DNA from: a virus
Taxonomy: Duplodnaviria; Caudoviricetes
Reading direction: 5' to 3' (one strand)
IMG/VR virus record: IMGVR_UViG_3300042291_000844
Location: 32,001 to 96,000 of that record
Length of the DNA: 64,000 nucleotides
Shown here: positions 38,934-48,681 of the stretch, in pieces
How positions within the stretch are numbered: position 1 is the stretch's first letter
Layout of the letters: every line of letters starts with the position of its first letter
Position numbers and translations under genes: made by a program
The notes under the pieces: generated by a model
The model's input: only the letters and a program-made list of their open reading frames with translations
What the model was told of the DNA's origin: nothing
Databases searched by the model: none

Positions 38934-40375
38934 AATTTAATTGTTTTAGTAAATTCATAAAAATCAGCTAATTCTGGAAATATTTTTTTAAAATCTGTTC
39001 CTCTACGTTTATCGTGCTCTTCAAAATATTTTCCAAAATTATATCGTTGTTCAAATAATTTTTTATCATCAATTGGTGCAATCATCCAATCATATGTTCT
39101 TTTAATTTTTTGAATTTCTATATCAGAATATCCAATATATTTGTTTTCAAATAAAGGTACTGATAAAAAATCTGCTCGTTGTGCTTGTTTAAAAATTAAA
39201 TCAGCAAAATCATACGGAAGAACTTGAATTGTTTGATGGGTTGGATATCTTAAATAAGATGTATCTAAAAATACAGCAGATTGCCAATATCTATCAGCCG
39301 AACCATAATTCTTTTTTAAATCATATACCCCATCAATTAATTTATGGTAGTTTGGAACTGATAACGCGTTATACGTTGTCATAAATGTAAGATTTACTCT
39401 TGGACACTTTGTTAATATTTTATTTACATTATCCCAAAATCTATTAAATTCTAATCCATGTCTAATATATTCAGCTTGTTCTCCCCAACTATCACATGAT
39501 GTAAAAATAATAAATTCTCTAACTCTATTTTCATCACAAATTTTATTTACCTTGTCAATAAATTTATCTATTAATTTATCAGGTACGCCTAAATTTGAAT
39601 TAATTGCAAGTTGTAAATTTCTATTTGGGTCTGAGTGGTCTATTATATAATCTAATACATCCCACGTATCTTTTGACATTAAGGGTTCACCTCCGGTAAT
39701 TCTGAATGTATGCAAATCCTTATACAAATCAGGCCACCATTTCCAAAACGCATCAACATAGGGATTTAATTCACTATGTTTTATTGGCATTTTGTTTTCT
39801 GATTTGTTATATTCTAATGAATTAAATCCGTCAGTTGTTGGATAAGCTCCAAACTCTTCAATTTCTTCCATCCATTTTGATGAAAATGCAGGTGCACAAT
39901 ATGAACACTTAAAATTACAAGCGTTTGAAAATGCTACTTCTACATATTTTGGATTATAATCATCTCTCCAATCAGAATTTTTAATTTCATCCATAAATGG
40001 ATAAGACCAACTTTCTGCAGATTTAAATGTTCTATCGGAAAATCTATCTGAGTTATCCTCTACTCCCCAACAATAATCACACTCCGAAGGACGTTGCCCC
40101 TCTAACATCTCTTTTCTTCGTCTTTTCTTATATTGGGTATTATGTAATGCAGATGGGTTTCGTGCAATTTCTTTTGTAGGAATTGGGTGTGTACGGGGGT
40201 GATGACATGAATGAGTATGACCCAATTGTAAGTGTAATGTAGTTTGTGTCCATTTAGCCAAACACATACCATTTCCCGTTTCGTTTAATTTCTCTCTAAC
40301 CCCTAAATAAAATGGGTTTTCGCCAGTTAATGAATTTTTAAGTTCCGTTGATTTTATATTTTCTTCTTCTGCCAT
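38930..40375 (-). CDS. Radical SAM protein with N-terminal twitch-like Cys cluster
   Basis: CNFKCSYC, ITGGEPL; N-terminal C.AKW..SCHH and C.YCW. Confidence 0.9.
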   Translation of the reverse strand: MAEEENIKSTELKNSLTGENPFYLGVREKLNETGNGMCLAKWTQTTLHLQLGHTHSCHHPRTHPIPTKEIARNPSALHNTQYKKRRRKEMLEGQRPSECDYCWGVEDNSDRFSDRTFKSAESWSYPFMDEIKNSDWRDDYNPKYVEVAFSNACNFKCSYCAPAFSSKWMEEIEEFGAYPTTDGFNSLEYNKSENKMPIKHSELNPYVDAFWKWWPDLYKDLHTFRITGGEPLMSKDTWDVLDYIIDHSDPNRNLQLAINSNLGVPDKLIDKFIDKVNKICDENRVREFIIFTSCDSWGEQAEYIRHGLEFNRFWDNVNKILTKCPRVNLTFMTTYNALSVPNYHKLIDGVYDLKKNYGSADRYWQSAVFLDTSYLRYPTHQTIQVLPYDFADLIFKQAQRADFLSVPLFENKYIGYSDIEIQKIKRTYDWMIAPIDDKKLFEQRYNFGKYFEEHDKRRGTDFKKIFPELADFYEFTKTIKL

Positions 40376-40401
40376 AACTTCGTTTTGTATATTTATATAT
40401 A

Positions 40402-41859
40402 TTACAATTTTACATTTACTAACTTTGCTTTGGGGGATATTTCATCGATACTCACCAACTCATATTTTAATTGAGCAATACCATCTGATTTATAATCCCA
40501 AATACCTTGTTGCATTTGTAAAACATATCTTTTTTCGTTTCGTGCAGTTGTTTCTCCCTTTGCCCATTTATCAACTCCACCTACTTTAATCAATCCTTCA
40601 TCTTGATGTGGTAAACAACGTAATCTACCTTGTCTTCTAAATGGAATAATTGTATATGGGATTTTAATTTGGTCTGATTTAAGTTCGCATCGTTTTATTT
40701 CGCCATTTATATTATTTCCAGATAAATCAGTTGCAATTCTAGCATCAATTTCATTATTAAAATCATAATGTAATACTAATCCATTTTTTGGTAATTCATT
40801 TTGTAAATTTTCAACTTCTTCTTTTTCTAATTTACGATTCCACATCATAATCTTTGCTATATCACCTTTAAACCATTTGTTGGGTTCGTTTCTACCAACT
40901 GAAGTAGTTGTTCCAATATAGTAATCATCTAAACCATAACTCTTTAAACGATTATCATAATGAAGTGGTGATGTTGTACCAGTTCCATGTCTTGCATCTG
41001 ATTCTTTTCCATTTAAATAGAAATGAATATTTTGATTTACGGAATCAACTGATAGGGTTACCCAACTCCATTGATTTTCATAACGTTTTATCCATTGATA
41101 TAAGTGATTTTGCTCACTATCCCATAATTGTGCAGTATATGCTCTACTATTATTATAAGAAATTCCATAATCAAACCCTGGTCTTCTTATAATTGGATAT
41201 TCGCAGAATCTTCTATCATCATCACCTATTAACCAAATGGGAACTTTTTCTTCTTGTTGATTTGCTCTAACTAAAACTGATATTGTATGAGAACGTGATG
41301 TTAAATTTCGAAGTGTATTATTTTTTTCAATTTTAATATAAGATGCTTTACCATTAAAATGTAAATAATTTTGAATAGTAGTATTATAATTCATATATGA
41401 ATCATTAGCATATCCTTCTAATACACATCTCCAAAAAAGGTCATCATCTTCCATTCCCCAATCCCAATAATCATTTGAATACCCATTGGTTTTCTCTACT
41501 TGTTCTTTTGAAAAAATGACTGCACCCCCAAAGTACTCTTCATACTTTAGTTTATAATCCATTTGAGATATATTAGTAGCAATGTGAATTGGGGTTTCAC
41601 TTGGAAATGAGTAATCACATCCTTCTTCGGGTATCATATCAATATCATGCCAAACTATATAATCACACCCATCTTCAAACGCGTATTTAGCTGCAACATT
41701 TTTCATTGCACCTCTATTAAACAGCTTATCATCAACTTGATGTCCAAAGTAAATACAATAATCAATACCTTGTTCTTCAAGATACTTTCCTATTGCTGGA
41801 ATAAACTCTTTTAAATGAGTTTCTCTATTTCGATATGGTACACATACTCCTAATTTCAT
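40402..41859 (-). CDS. GT7 (beta-1,4-galactosyltransferase-like) with inserted LamG domain
   Basis: VPYRNR, FNRG..KN, HDIDM, YFGG, NGYSN.YW.WG.EDDDL; LamG insert; DG...L.Y C-terminal remainder. Confidence 0.85.
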   Translation of the reverse strand: MKLGVCVPYRNRETHLKEFIPAIGKYLEEQGIDYCIYFGHQVDDKLFNRGAMKNVAAKYAFEDGCDYIVWHDIDMIPEEGCDYSFPSETPIHIATNISQMDYKLKYEEYFGGAVIFSKEQVEKTNGYSNDYWDWGMEDDDLFWRCVLEGYANDSYMNYNTTIQNYLHFNGKASYIKIEKNNTLRNLTSRSHTISVLVRANQQEEKVPIWLIGDDDRRFCEYPIIRRPGFDYGISYNNSRAYTAQLWDSEQNHLYQWIKRYENQWSWVTLSVDSVNQNIHFYLNGKESDARHGTGTTSPLHYDNRLKSYGLDDYYIGTTTSVGRNEPNKWFKGDIAKIMMWNRKLEKEEVENLQNELPKNGLVLHYDFNNEIDARIATDLSGNNINGEIKRCELKSDQIKIPYTIIPFRRQGRLRCLPHQDEGLIKVGGVDKWAKGETTARNEKRYVLQMQQGIWDYKSDGIAQLKYELVSIDEISPKAKLVNVKL

Positions 41860-43292
41860 TAAATACCAACAGTTATAATTTGTATATTTTTATCTATCTT
41901 TCTTTTATTGTGTTCTACAAAATTTAAATCAGATAAACCATCAGTTTTTGTTAATTCTGGGTTTTCCATTACTTCGTTAACCAATCGAAGTTGATTCCAA
42001 CGTGTGTTATCTGTTTTCCAGCGATTCCCATTAAATCCATTATTTTCATGTTTAATAGATTTAAATTTAGAATATCTTCTATGTGGTATATTAAAATCTA
42101 CATCATTGATAGCACCACTTTCGCTGATTTCACAATTTATTATATTACCTAAATTATTATGAGGTGATAAATCAATTAATTTATAATCTCTTATAAATGT
42201 AGTATCATAATATGTTTTTAAATAATCAGATGAGGCATATTTACCAAAATCTTTGTTTAATAAATGTTCAGTATTATTTGTAATTTCAATAATTTCATCT
42301 TGACTTAATTTACTATCATAATATGCAAAATATTCAAATGAACCATTAAACCAATTTGGTATTATTTCTCTATTTGGATTACCAACTCCTATATAAAAAT
42401 ATTTTTCATTTTTATAATTTTTATTGAATTTTACAATTTCTTCGCTTTCACCTACAAAATTCCCATCTTGATACATTTTTATTTTTTTAGAAATAAAATC
42501 ATATACTAATGTAATATTAGTTTTATATGCAGGTTTTATTTCGGTATTTAAATAAATGGCTTTTAAACTACTATCAAATAAACAAAAATTATATCTATTA
42601 AATGATGTGTATGATATTGCAAAATCATATCCTGGTATACTGAAAATAGTAAACTCATCCGATTGTTTAGTATGGTCTAATTTTAACTTTGCAGGTTCAA
42701 AACAAATTGTTATAGAAAAATCTCTATGTGTAGTTATTATATTATTTGATTGGATATACGAATTAATACCATTAAATTTTAAAATTTGAGTATTTTTACT
42801 TACATTTTTTATTTTTATAGTATCTAAATCTAATTCATTAATTTTGCATCTATAAAGTAAATCATCATCTTCAAACCCCCAACCCCAATACTTGTTTGAG
42901 TATCCATTTATTTTTTCAAAATCTTCAATTGGAAACATTGTTACTCCACCAAAATACGAATCAAATAGTTTTCTTGCTGGTTCATCATCATCTGGTATGA
43001 TATCTGTTGCTAAGTGAACCGGATATTCACTAAGTGAATAATCAACATCAATAGGTAACATATCTATATCATGAAATACTAAATAATCACAACGTAATTT
43101 TTTAGCATATCGGTATCCAATATTAAGGAGCATTCCTCTATTGAATAGTTTAGCATCATCTTGCTCTACAATTATAATTTTATAATTAATATCTTTATCT
43201 GCCAGATATTCAACTATGTGTTTTGTAAAGGTATCAAGCTGAGTATATCTATTTCGATAGGGAATAATTATACCTAATTTTTCTAAGGACAT
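41859..43292 (-). CDS. GT7 with inserted LamG domain, tandem paralog
   Basis: IPYRNR, FNRG.LLN.G, FHDIDMLP, YFGGV, NGYSN.YWGWGFEDDDL; LamG insert. Confidence 0.85.
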   Translation of the reverse strand: MSLEKLGIIIPYRNRYTQLDTFTKHIVEYLADKDINYKIIIVEQDDAKLFNRGMLLNIGYRYAKKLRCDYLVFHDIDMLPIDVDYSLSEYPVHLATDIIPDDDEPARKLFDSYFGGVTMFPIEDFEKINGYSNKYWGWGFEDDDLLYRCKINELDLDTIKIKNVSKNTQILKFNGINSYIQSNNIITTHRDFSITICFEPAKLKLDHTKQSDEFTIFSIPGYDFAISYTSFNRYNFCLFDSSLKAIYLNTEIKPAYKTNITLVYDFISKKIKMYQDGNFVGESEEIVKFNKNYKNEKYFYIGVGNPNREIIPNWFNGSFEYFAYYDSKLSQDEIIEITNNTEHLLNKDFGKYASSDYLKTYYDTTFIRDYKLIDLSPHNNLGNIINCEISESGAINDVDFNIPHRRYSKFKSIKHENNGFNGNRWKTDNTRWNQLRLVNEVMENPELTKTDGLSDLNFVEHNKRKIDKNIQIITVGI

Positions 43293-43295
43293 TTT

Positions 43296-43535
43296 TTATT
43301 TTTCAGTCTTCTTTGAATCGATATCAGTCTTTGTTGGCTCAATTTTATTTTTATACCATTCGTATAAATAATGTTCAATTCTTGGGCCCCATGCATCCTT
43401 ATCAATTTCTTCAAACCATATGGTAAGTGCATCTAATGAATTAGCTATTTTTTCTAACGCTTTTAATTTACGTTCTTCTAAACTTGGAGAAGCATTTGTT
43501 ACTCCATCTGTTCCTTTAATCAATTGTTTTGACAT
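43296..43535 (-). CDS. Small hypothetical protein (79 aa)
   Basis: Start moved to ATG 43535 downstream of an ATATTTAT motif; avoids overlap with the upstream gene. Confidence 0.6.
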   Translation of the reverse strand: MSKQLIKGTDGVTNASPSLEERKLKALEKIANSLDALTIWFEEIDKDAWGPRIEHYLYEWYKNKIEPTKTDIDSKKTEK

Positions 43536-43575
43536 AACTTTTTGTTTTGTTTGTGTATATATAAATATATTTTTT

Positions 43576-44436
43576 TTATATTTTTGTAATTTGTTTTGAT
43601 AATCTATTCCATTTAGAATAATCACTAAAATCTGATATTTGGTTTGTCATTTTCTCAATTGAAAATTTGTCATTATTAATATCAATTTTAAAATTATTCC
43701 ATTGGATTGCATTATACATCAATTCATATTCAGTTGAAAATGCATATTCTTTTTTAATATCAGCAACTGCTTTAATTCTATCTACGCAAGTACTATCCCA
43801 TTTAAAATGATGTACTTGAATTAATCCTTCACCTCTTCCAATTGGATATCGTTTTGGATGTTTTGTACCCCAGCTATTTGTACCATCTTTAAACTCTGCA
43901 TAATGTTGACCAGATGATATTTTAATAAACCCTTTCATTATACAAACTTTATTTGGACAAGCCCCACTCATTGGATATCTAAAAAATCCAGCAAGTGGGA
44001 ATTGTGTCCAAATATTTGTATGTTCATTTATCTGAGGAAACTCTCCATTTTCTCCTATCCTGTCAATAAACCCACCTGTAACGAATTCCCAATCATTTTC
44101 TTCGCAATCAGAAATTAATTCTCTAATTGGTTTTGGATAAATGTGAAATTCATCGTCATCTGAAACTACCCACCAATCATTGGGGTGTAATAATTTTGTT
44201 TCGTTATATAATTGAGTAACATATTCCCAATTAAATTTTTCTTTTATTTCTCGTCTAACAATTTTTGCTTTAGGAAATTCTTTCACAATCTGATAAACAA
44301 TATCATATGTGCTGAATCCATCCCACTCATATACAACAACATATATTTCATCTACCAAATCATTATAGTGATTTAACATATGATGTAGAGTATTTGTTCT
44401 ACTTCCGGTTACTGTAACTAATCTAATTTTTTGCAT
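43576..44436 (-). CDS. GT2-like glycosyltransferase (Glyco_tranf_2_4-like)
   Basis: HY...VD, W.VVSDDDEF, GGFIDR, KV.I, H..V.HFK. Confidence 0.7.
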   Translation of the reverse strand: MQKIRLVTVTGSRTNTLHHMLNHYNDLVDEIYVVVYEWDGFSTYDIVYQIVKEFPKAKIVRREIKEKFNWEYVTQLYNETKLLHPNDWWVVSDDDEFHIYPKPIRELISDCEENDWEFVTGGFIDRIGENGEFPQINEHTNIWTQFPLAGFFRYPMSGACPNKVCIMKGFIKISSGQHYAEFKDGTNSWGTKHPKRYPIGRGEGLIQVHHFKWDSTCVDRIKAVADIKKEYAFSTEYELMYNAIQWNNFKIDINNDKFSIEKMTNQISDFSDYSKWNRLSKQITKI

Positions 44437-45209
44437 CGTTGGATGAATGTTAAACCAGTAGATGTTGGTTTATTTCGTAGTATACCATTATTAAAAAAAT
44501 TAAATATTTCCCAATTACCCGTTTCTTTTAATTCTTTTATTAATTTAGATGGGCCTGATGAGAATTCATGAAAATCATTTTTATTTTTTATATCATTGGT
44601 AACAATTAATTCTTTTTCGAATGATGAATCGGTATCATGAATTGATATTATACCATAAGGTGAAAGAATTTGTGAATATAATTCAAAATCATTTTTCACA
44701 TCTTCATATGAATGACCTGCATCTATATGTAGATAATCAATTTTAATGTCCTCTTTAACAAAATAATTATAAAAGGCATTTTCGGTAGTATCTATAATAA
44801 ATCTGCAAGGAAAATTGGTTCTAAAAAAAGATTCATCATCTTCCCAATCAGTATTACCACCTATACCATTTGATGCATCTACTAAAATTGTAGTACCACA
44901 ATCGCCCCATTCCATAGCTTTGATTCCTCCAAATATTTGTTGGTCGTGCAAATCAATTCTAGCTTGTGACATTATTCTCGGAATAAATCCACCACCACTT
45001 CCTAAACACACACATGTTTTTGCTCTAATGTATTGGATTGTGGCATAAATTAATAATCCATCTCCAATATGATAATCTGTAGCTCCATGTGACCATCTAT
45101 ATGCAACTGGTTGATATTCAGAATACTCATTACCATTAGTATCTATTTTTTTAGTTCTATTGTTGGTAAAGAAATCTTTTAAAATATTATAATCGATGAT
45201 ATTGCCCAT
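44418..45209 (-). CDS. Class I SAM-dependent methyltransferase (Methyltransf_24-like)
   Basis: CLGSGGG motif I variant; IDYLHIDAGHSYE.V..D, G.I..HDT. Confidence 0.8.
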   Translation of the reverse strand: MGNIIDYNILKDFFTNNRTKKIDTNGNEYSEYQPVAYRWSHGATDYHIGDGLLIYATIQYIRAKTCVCLGSGGGFIPRIMSQARIDLHDQQIFGGIKAMEWGDCGTTILVDASNGIGGNTDWEDDESFFRTNFPCRFIIDTTENAFYNYFVKEDIKIDYLHIDAGHSYEDVKNDFELYSQILSPYGIISIHDTDSSFEKELIVTNDIKNKNDFHEFSSGPSKLIKELKETGNWEIFNFFNNGILRNKPTSTGLTFIQRCKKLD

Positions 45210-45390
45210 ACATTGAATAATGTTAATGAAATGCTAGAAATATGCTATTAGCTTAATAATAATATAAGTTAATTAAGATAGTATAAGTGATAGTGTAATA
45301 GCTTAGTAGCTTATCCCCCTACCCCCTTTAGTATATAAATATATAAAAATATACCAAACGATAAAAAAACTGAAAAATAAATATTTGGAA

Positions 45391-46428
45391 TTATCCCAAA
45401 ATTGCTGTACGGACTTTATCAATCCATACGTCTTTATTATCAAATTTTATCATATATTCTTTAAGATTTTTTACGTTTTTAACCCTCTCTTCATGTGAGT
45501 CGGTAAGGATTTGTTTAACACATTCATCAAATTCATTTTTGGTTGAAACTCTATATTTGTAATCAACCTCCGGTGCCCAATCTTTATTTATTATTGGTAA
45601 TTTACCATAATCTACTGCTTGAAATATTGAATATCCAAATGGTTCTTTAAAATACGCGGCGTGAAATATACCAAAATTTTTCATCATAAAAAAATGATGA
45701 TGGTTAACATCCCATTGAAAAACTTCCATGCCTTTTAATGAATATGTACTACTATCTTTAAGATTTTGTAAATCAAACTGATTTGTTAGAATATATCCCT
45801 TATGGTCGTTTAACCAATGCACACATTTTCTCGATTCAATACGAGAAGCAAATCCAATTTTACCATTATCAACATGAGTGGTAAGTGGTAGGTTATTTTT
45901 AAACTCGTAAAAATTTGGAACATTATAAGTATAGTTTGGATGTTCATCAATCATACTCGTAGTATTATTACCCACCCAAATCCTACGATTAAATGTTGCT
46001 AAATACTCATCATAAAATTCAGAATCAACTCCTGTATTATATTGTAATCTTTTTAGTTCCGGGATAGCAGAAATTGCTGCATCCATCTCTCTAGCATATG
46101 CATGAACAAAGACGGTTTTAAATTTATCTTCAAAATGCCAAATATGTGGTCTTAAATGATAATGTGGATGTAATACGTGGATTTCCTCACACTCATCTAA
46201 CCACGCTCTAGTCTTTTCAGGGTCATCGTAGTGAAAATGATGAACCAATCCCTTCGGTAAGTATTTTGATTCGAATGAAGCGGGTCTCTTGGAATCAATT
46301 ATCAATCTCCAATCCCTTTTGACAGGAAGTGTTGGCCAAACTAATTCTAAAAAATAATTAGTCCATATATCGGCACCGCCCATAACAGTATTACCACATC
46401 CAGTTGTAACTAAAACCTTTATACTCAT
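45391..46428 (-). CDS. GT-B fold (GT4-like) glycosyltransferase
   Basis: GGAD.W N-terminal loop, GFASR...K, EPFG..IFQA...G..PI. Confidence 0.7.
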   Translation of the reverse strand: MSIKVLVTTGCGNTVMGGADIWTNYFLELVWPTLPVKRDWRLIIDSKRPASFESKYLPKGLVHHFHYDDPEKTRAWLDECEEIHVLHPHYHLRPHIWHFEDKFKTVFVHAYAREMDAAISAIPELKRLQYNTGVDSEFYDEYLATFNRRIWVGNNTTSMIDEHPNYTYNVPNFYEFKNNLPLTTHVDNGKIGFASRIESRKCVHWLNDHKGYILTNQFDLQNLKDSSTYSLKGMEVFQWDVNHHHFFMMKNFGIFHAAYFKEPFGYSIFQAVDYGKLPIINKDWAPEVDYKYRVSTKNEFDECVKQILTDSHEERVKNVKNLKEYMIKFDNKDVWIDKVRTAILG

Positions 46429-46449
46429 ATTATATATAAATATATAAAT

Positions 46450-47235
46450 TTATAAAAAATCGAAAAAATTTATATCATAGTACTCATTAACTTTTTTAGT
46501 ATATTCATCATTTAGTTTTGATTTAAATCGCTCACTACAATCAGTAAGAAAGATTTCGGCATGGTCATCTTGCTTTCGATTACTTCTATCATATAAATGA
46601 TATATTGGCGTATGTTTATAGTTAAGAATTGAATAACCCATACCAATACTTCGATAAGTTGGGTCAATCTCATCATATCTCCAACATAAAAATTTATCAT
46701 ATCCAACTTTTTCTAACCACTCAATTGTAGTAAAATGATATCCTCCTGCAATAGTTGATTTACAATAATCTTCACCATTATTATTTGGTTTCATTACAAA
46801 TGGATATCCACCTATTTTTTCTCTATTCCAATCATTTGCATGATGTGCTTTATTTTCTTCAAATTTACCATATAATGGATATGCAGGAGGATATGCCGAT
46901 AAAATGGAGTTTGGTAATAATGCATTAATTAATATGGTATCCCAATTTTTATCAAATCTCATATGACTATCAATTGATAAAAAATATTTAAATTCAGGTT
47001 CTATAAAATATTTAGCAAGGGAACGTATCCAACAAAGATTTGAAAATTTTCTATAATCAACATTTATTAAAGTAACTTGAGATGGAAATAAATCTTGAAA
47101 AAACATATCTGATTGTCTATCTTGATTAAACACAATAATTTTAATATTATTTGGATTTTCTGCTTTATTTATCAAATCAAAACAAGTAGGAATTACTTCT
47201 TTATCTAATCTGCAAGGTATATAAACGTATATCAT
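46450..47235 (-). CDS. Skp1-hydroxyproline GlcNAc-transferase-like protein (GT60-like)
   Basis: IDSHMRF...WD..LI, ILSAYPP.Y, AGG..F, .EI..T.R, YHLY; ATG 47235 overlaps upstream stop (ATGA). Confidence 0.75.
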   Translation of the reverse strand: MIYVYIPCRLDKEVIPTCFDLINKAENPNNIKIIVFNQDRQSDMFFQDLFPSQVTLINVDYRKFSNLCWIRSLAKYFIEPEFKYFLSIDSHMRFDKNWDTILINALLPNSILSAYPPAYPLYGKFEENKAHHANDWNREKIGGYPFVMKPNNNGEDYCKSTIAGGYHFTTIEWLEKVGYDKFLCWRYDEIDPTYRSIGMGYSILNYKHTPIYHLYDRSNRKQDDHAEIFLTDCSERFKSKLNDEYTKKVNEYYDINFFDFL

Positions 47236-48062
47236 CGGATAAACCAATCTTTTATTAAATTATAAAAATCGTTATTTGGGAATTCTGCTATATTATGATT
47301 TGGGAATGTTGATTTTTTAAATATTGGGTCACATGAATAATGTGCAAAATAATGTTTTTCTTTATCAAATTCATTTATGTTTGGAAAATATGTATTATCT
47401 TGTCCTATACATTTTATTCGATTATTATGACAAGCAATTTGAAATGACCACATTTGTTGCCACCAACCAAATGGAGAATTTAAATGATTTCTAGCAATAT
47501 CAATACCGATTTCAATAACCTCATCTATTATTCGTTTTAAAGTTTTAACTTTTATAATAATAGGAACAAACCCACCATCCATATATTCGTGGGTGTCGTG
47601 TTTTAAATATGGTTCGACTATTTTATAATTTTCCTTATCAGGTCGACTACATTTCATATGCCAATTTTCATATTTATCACAAGTTACAACTTCATCGTCA
47701 TTAGGTAATATTCCATCATATTTTTTAAATGGAATTACATCACAATCAATTATACAAACATATTCATTATTATCTAAATCATTTAATATTTGTTTAATTG
47801 CAAAAAATAAATTTCCTGCTGAAAAATATGGATGTTCATCTGATAGGGGTAATATTGTATGAACTCCATCTACAATTTTGTATGGTATACTTAAATTCCA
47901 ATCAACATCCTTAATTATTTTACCATGAGAATTTCTATCTGCAATTAATACAATAGAATTCCAAAATGCTAGATTCCCATATACATTTTTTTGTGCATAT
48001 TGAAATAAACTACTTTGCCATTTAAATAAGTTATTTGATACTGCTACGGGTATTGTTATCAT
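47232..48062 (-). CDS. Hydroxyproline O-arabinosyltransferase-like (GT95/GT96-like) glycosyltransferase
   Basis: KWQ..L.Y, IIDCD DxD, GG.VPIII, FGWWQQMWSF, HY motifs collinear with recalled plant HPAT motifs. Confidence 0.6.
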   Translation of the reverse strand: MITIPVAVSNNLFKWQSSLFQYAQKNVYGNLAFWNSIVLIADRNSHGKIIKDVDWNLSIPYKIVDGVHTILPLSDEHPYFSAGNLFFAIKQILNDLDNNEYVCIIDCDVIPFKKYDGILPNDDEVVTCDKYENWHMKCSRPDKENYKIVEPYLKHDTHEYMDGGFVPIIIKVKTLKRIIDEVIEIGIDIARNHLNSPFGWWQQMWSFQIACHNNRIKCIGQDNTYFPNINEFDKEKHYFAHYSCDPIFKKSTFPNHNIAEFPNNDFYNLIKDWFIR

Positions 48063-48681
48063 ATTTTTTTAATAATTCGTATATTTTGTTTGCAATTATT
48101 TTATAACCTAAATAATTTGGATGGGTATCACCACCATCAGTATTTTGCCAACTATATGGATATCTAAAATTATATTCCCAAACAGAAATATTTTTTTGTT
48201 TTTCATAATCTATTAATAAACTACTCATAGTTAATTCTTTATCAATAAATCTACTTAAATTAATATTAGTTGTATCTAAATTTAATTCAGTCATAAAAGT
48301 TTTTGCAAATGAATTAAATAGAAAATAATTATATTCTGATAATAAAGTTGTTATAGATTTTACATCATCAATAGGGTTACCATTATCTCTATATGGATAA
48401 CTTAGCATAATAATAATAATATCATCTTTATGTAAATATTCTATATTTTTTTTTATTTCTTCAACAATATTTTTATTACTAAAATTACACCATCCACAAT
48501 TCACAAATGGTAAATCTAATAATGTAGCTAAATGTCTTGGCCATCCATTTGAATTTCTTAATTTATTAGTAAATTCATTTGGTGAGATAACTTCTTTATA
48601 ATGAATATCCAATTCAACCCCATGTCCTTGTGTCCAGGAATCACCAAATGTAATTAATCGTGTATTAGACGTTACTTTCAT
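48031..48681 (-). CDS. SGNH/GDSL-fold protein
   Basis: FGDSWT block I, G..N, DTHPN..GY block V. Confidence 0.75.
   Translation of the reverse strand: MKVTSNTRLITFGDSWTQGHGVELDIHYKEVISPNEFTNKLRNSNGWPRHLATLLDLPFVNCGWCNFSNKNIVEEIKKNIEYLHKDDIIIIMLSYPYRDNGNPIDDVKSITTLLSEYNYFLFNSFAKTFMTELNLDTTNINLSRFIDKELTMSSLLIDYEKQKNISVWEYNFRYPYSWQNTDGGDTHPNYLGYKIIANKIYELLKKYDNNTRSSIK

Noticed and set aside
40389-40396. T4-type TATAAATA promoter on the coding strand before the radical SAM gene
   Set aside because: Single instance, opposite in orientation to the other intergenic copies and inside a TA-rich run; cannot be distinguished from chance
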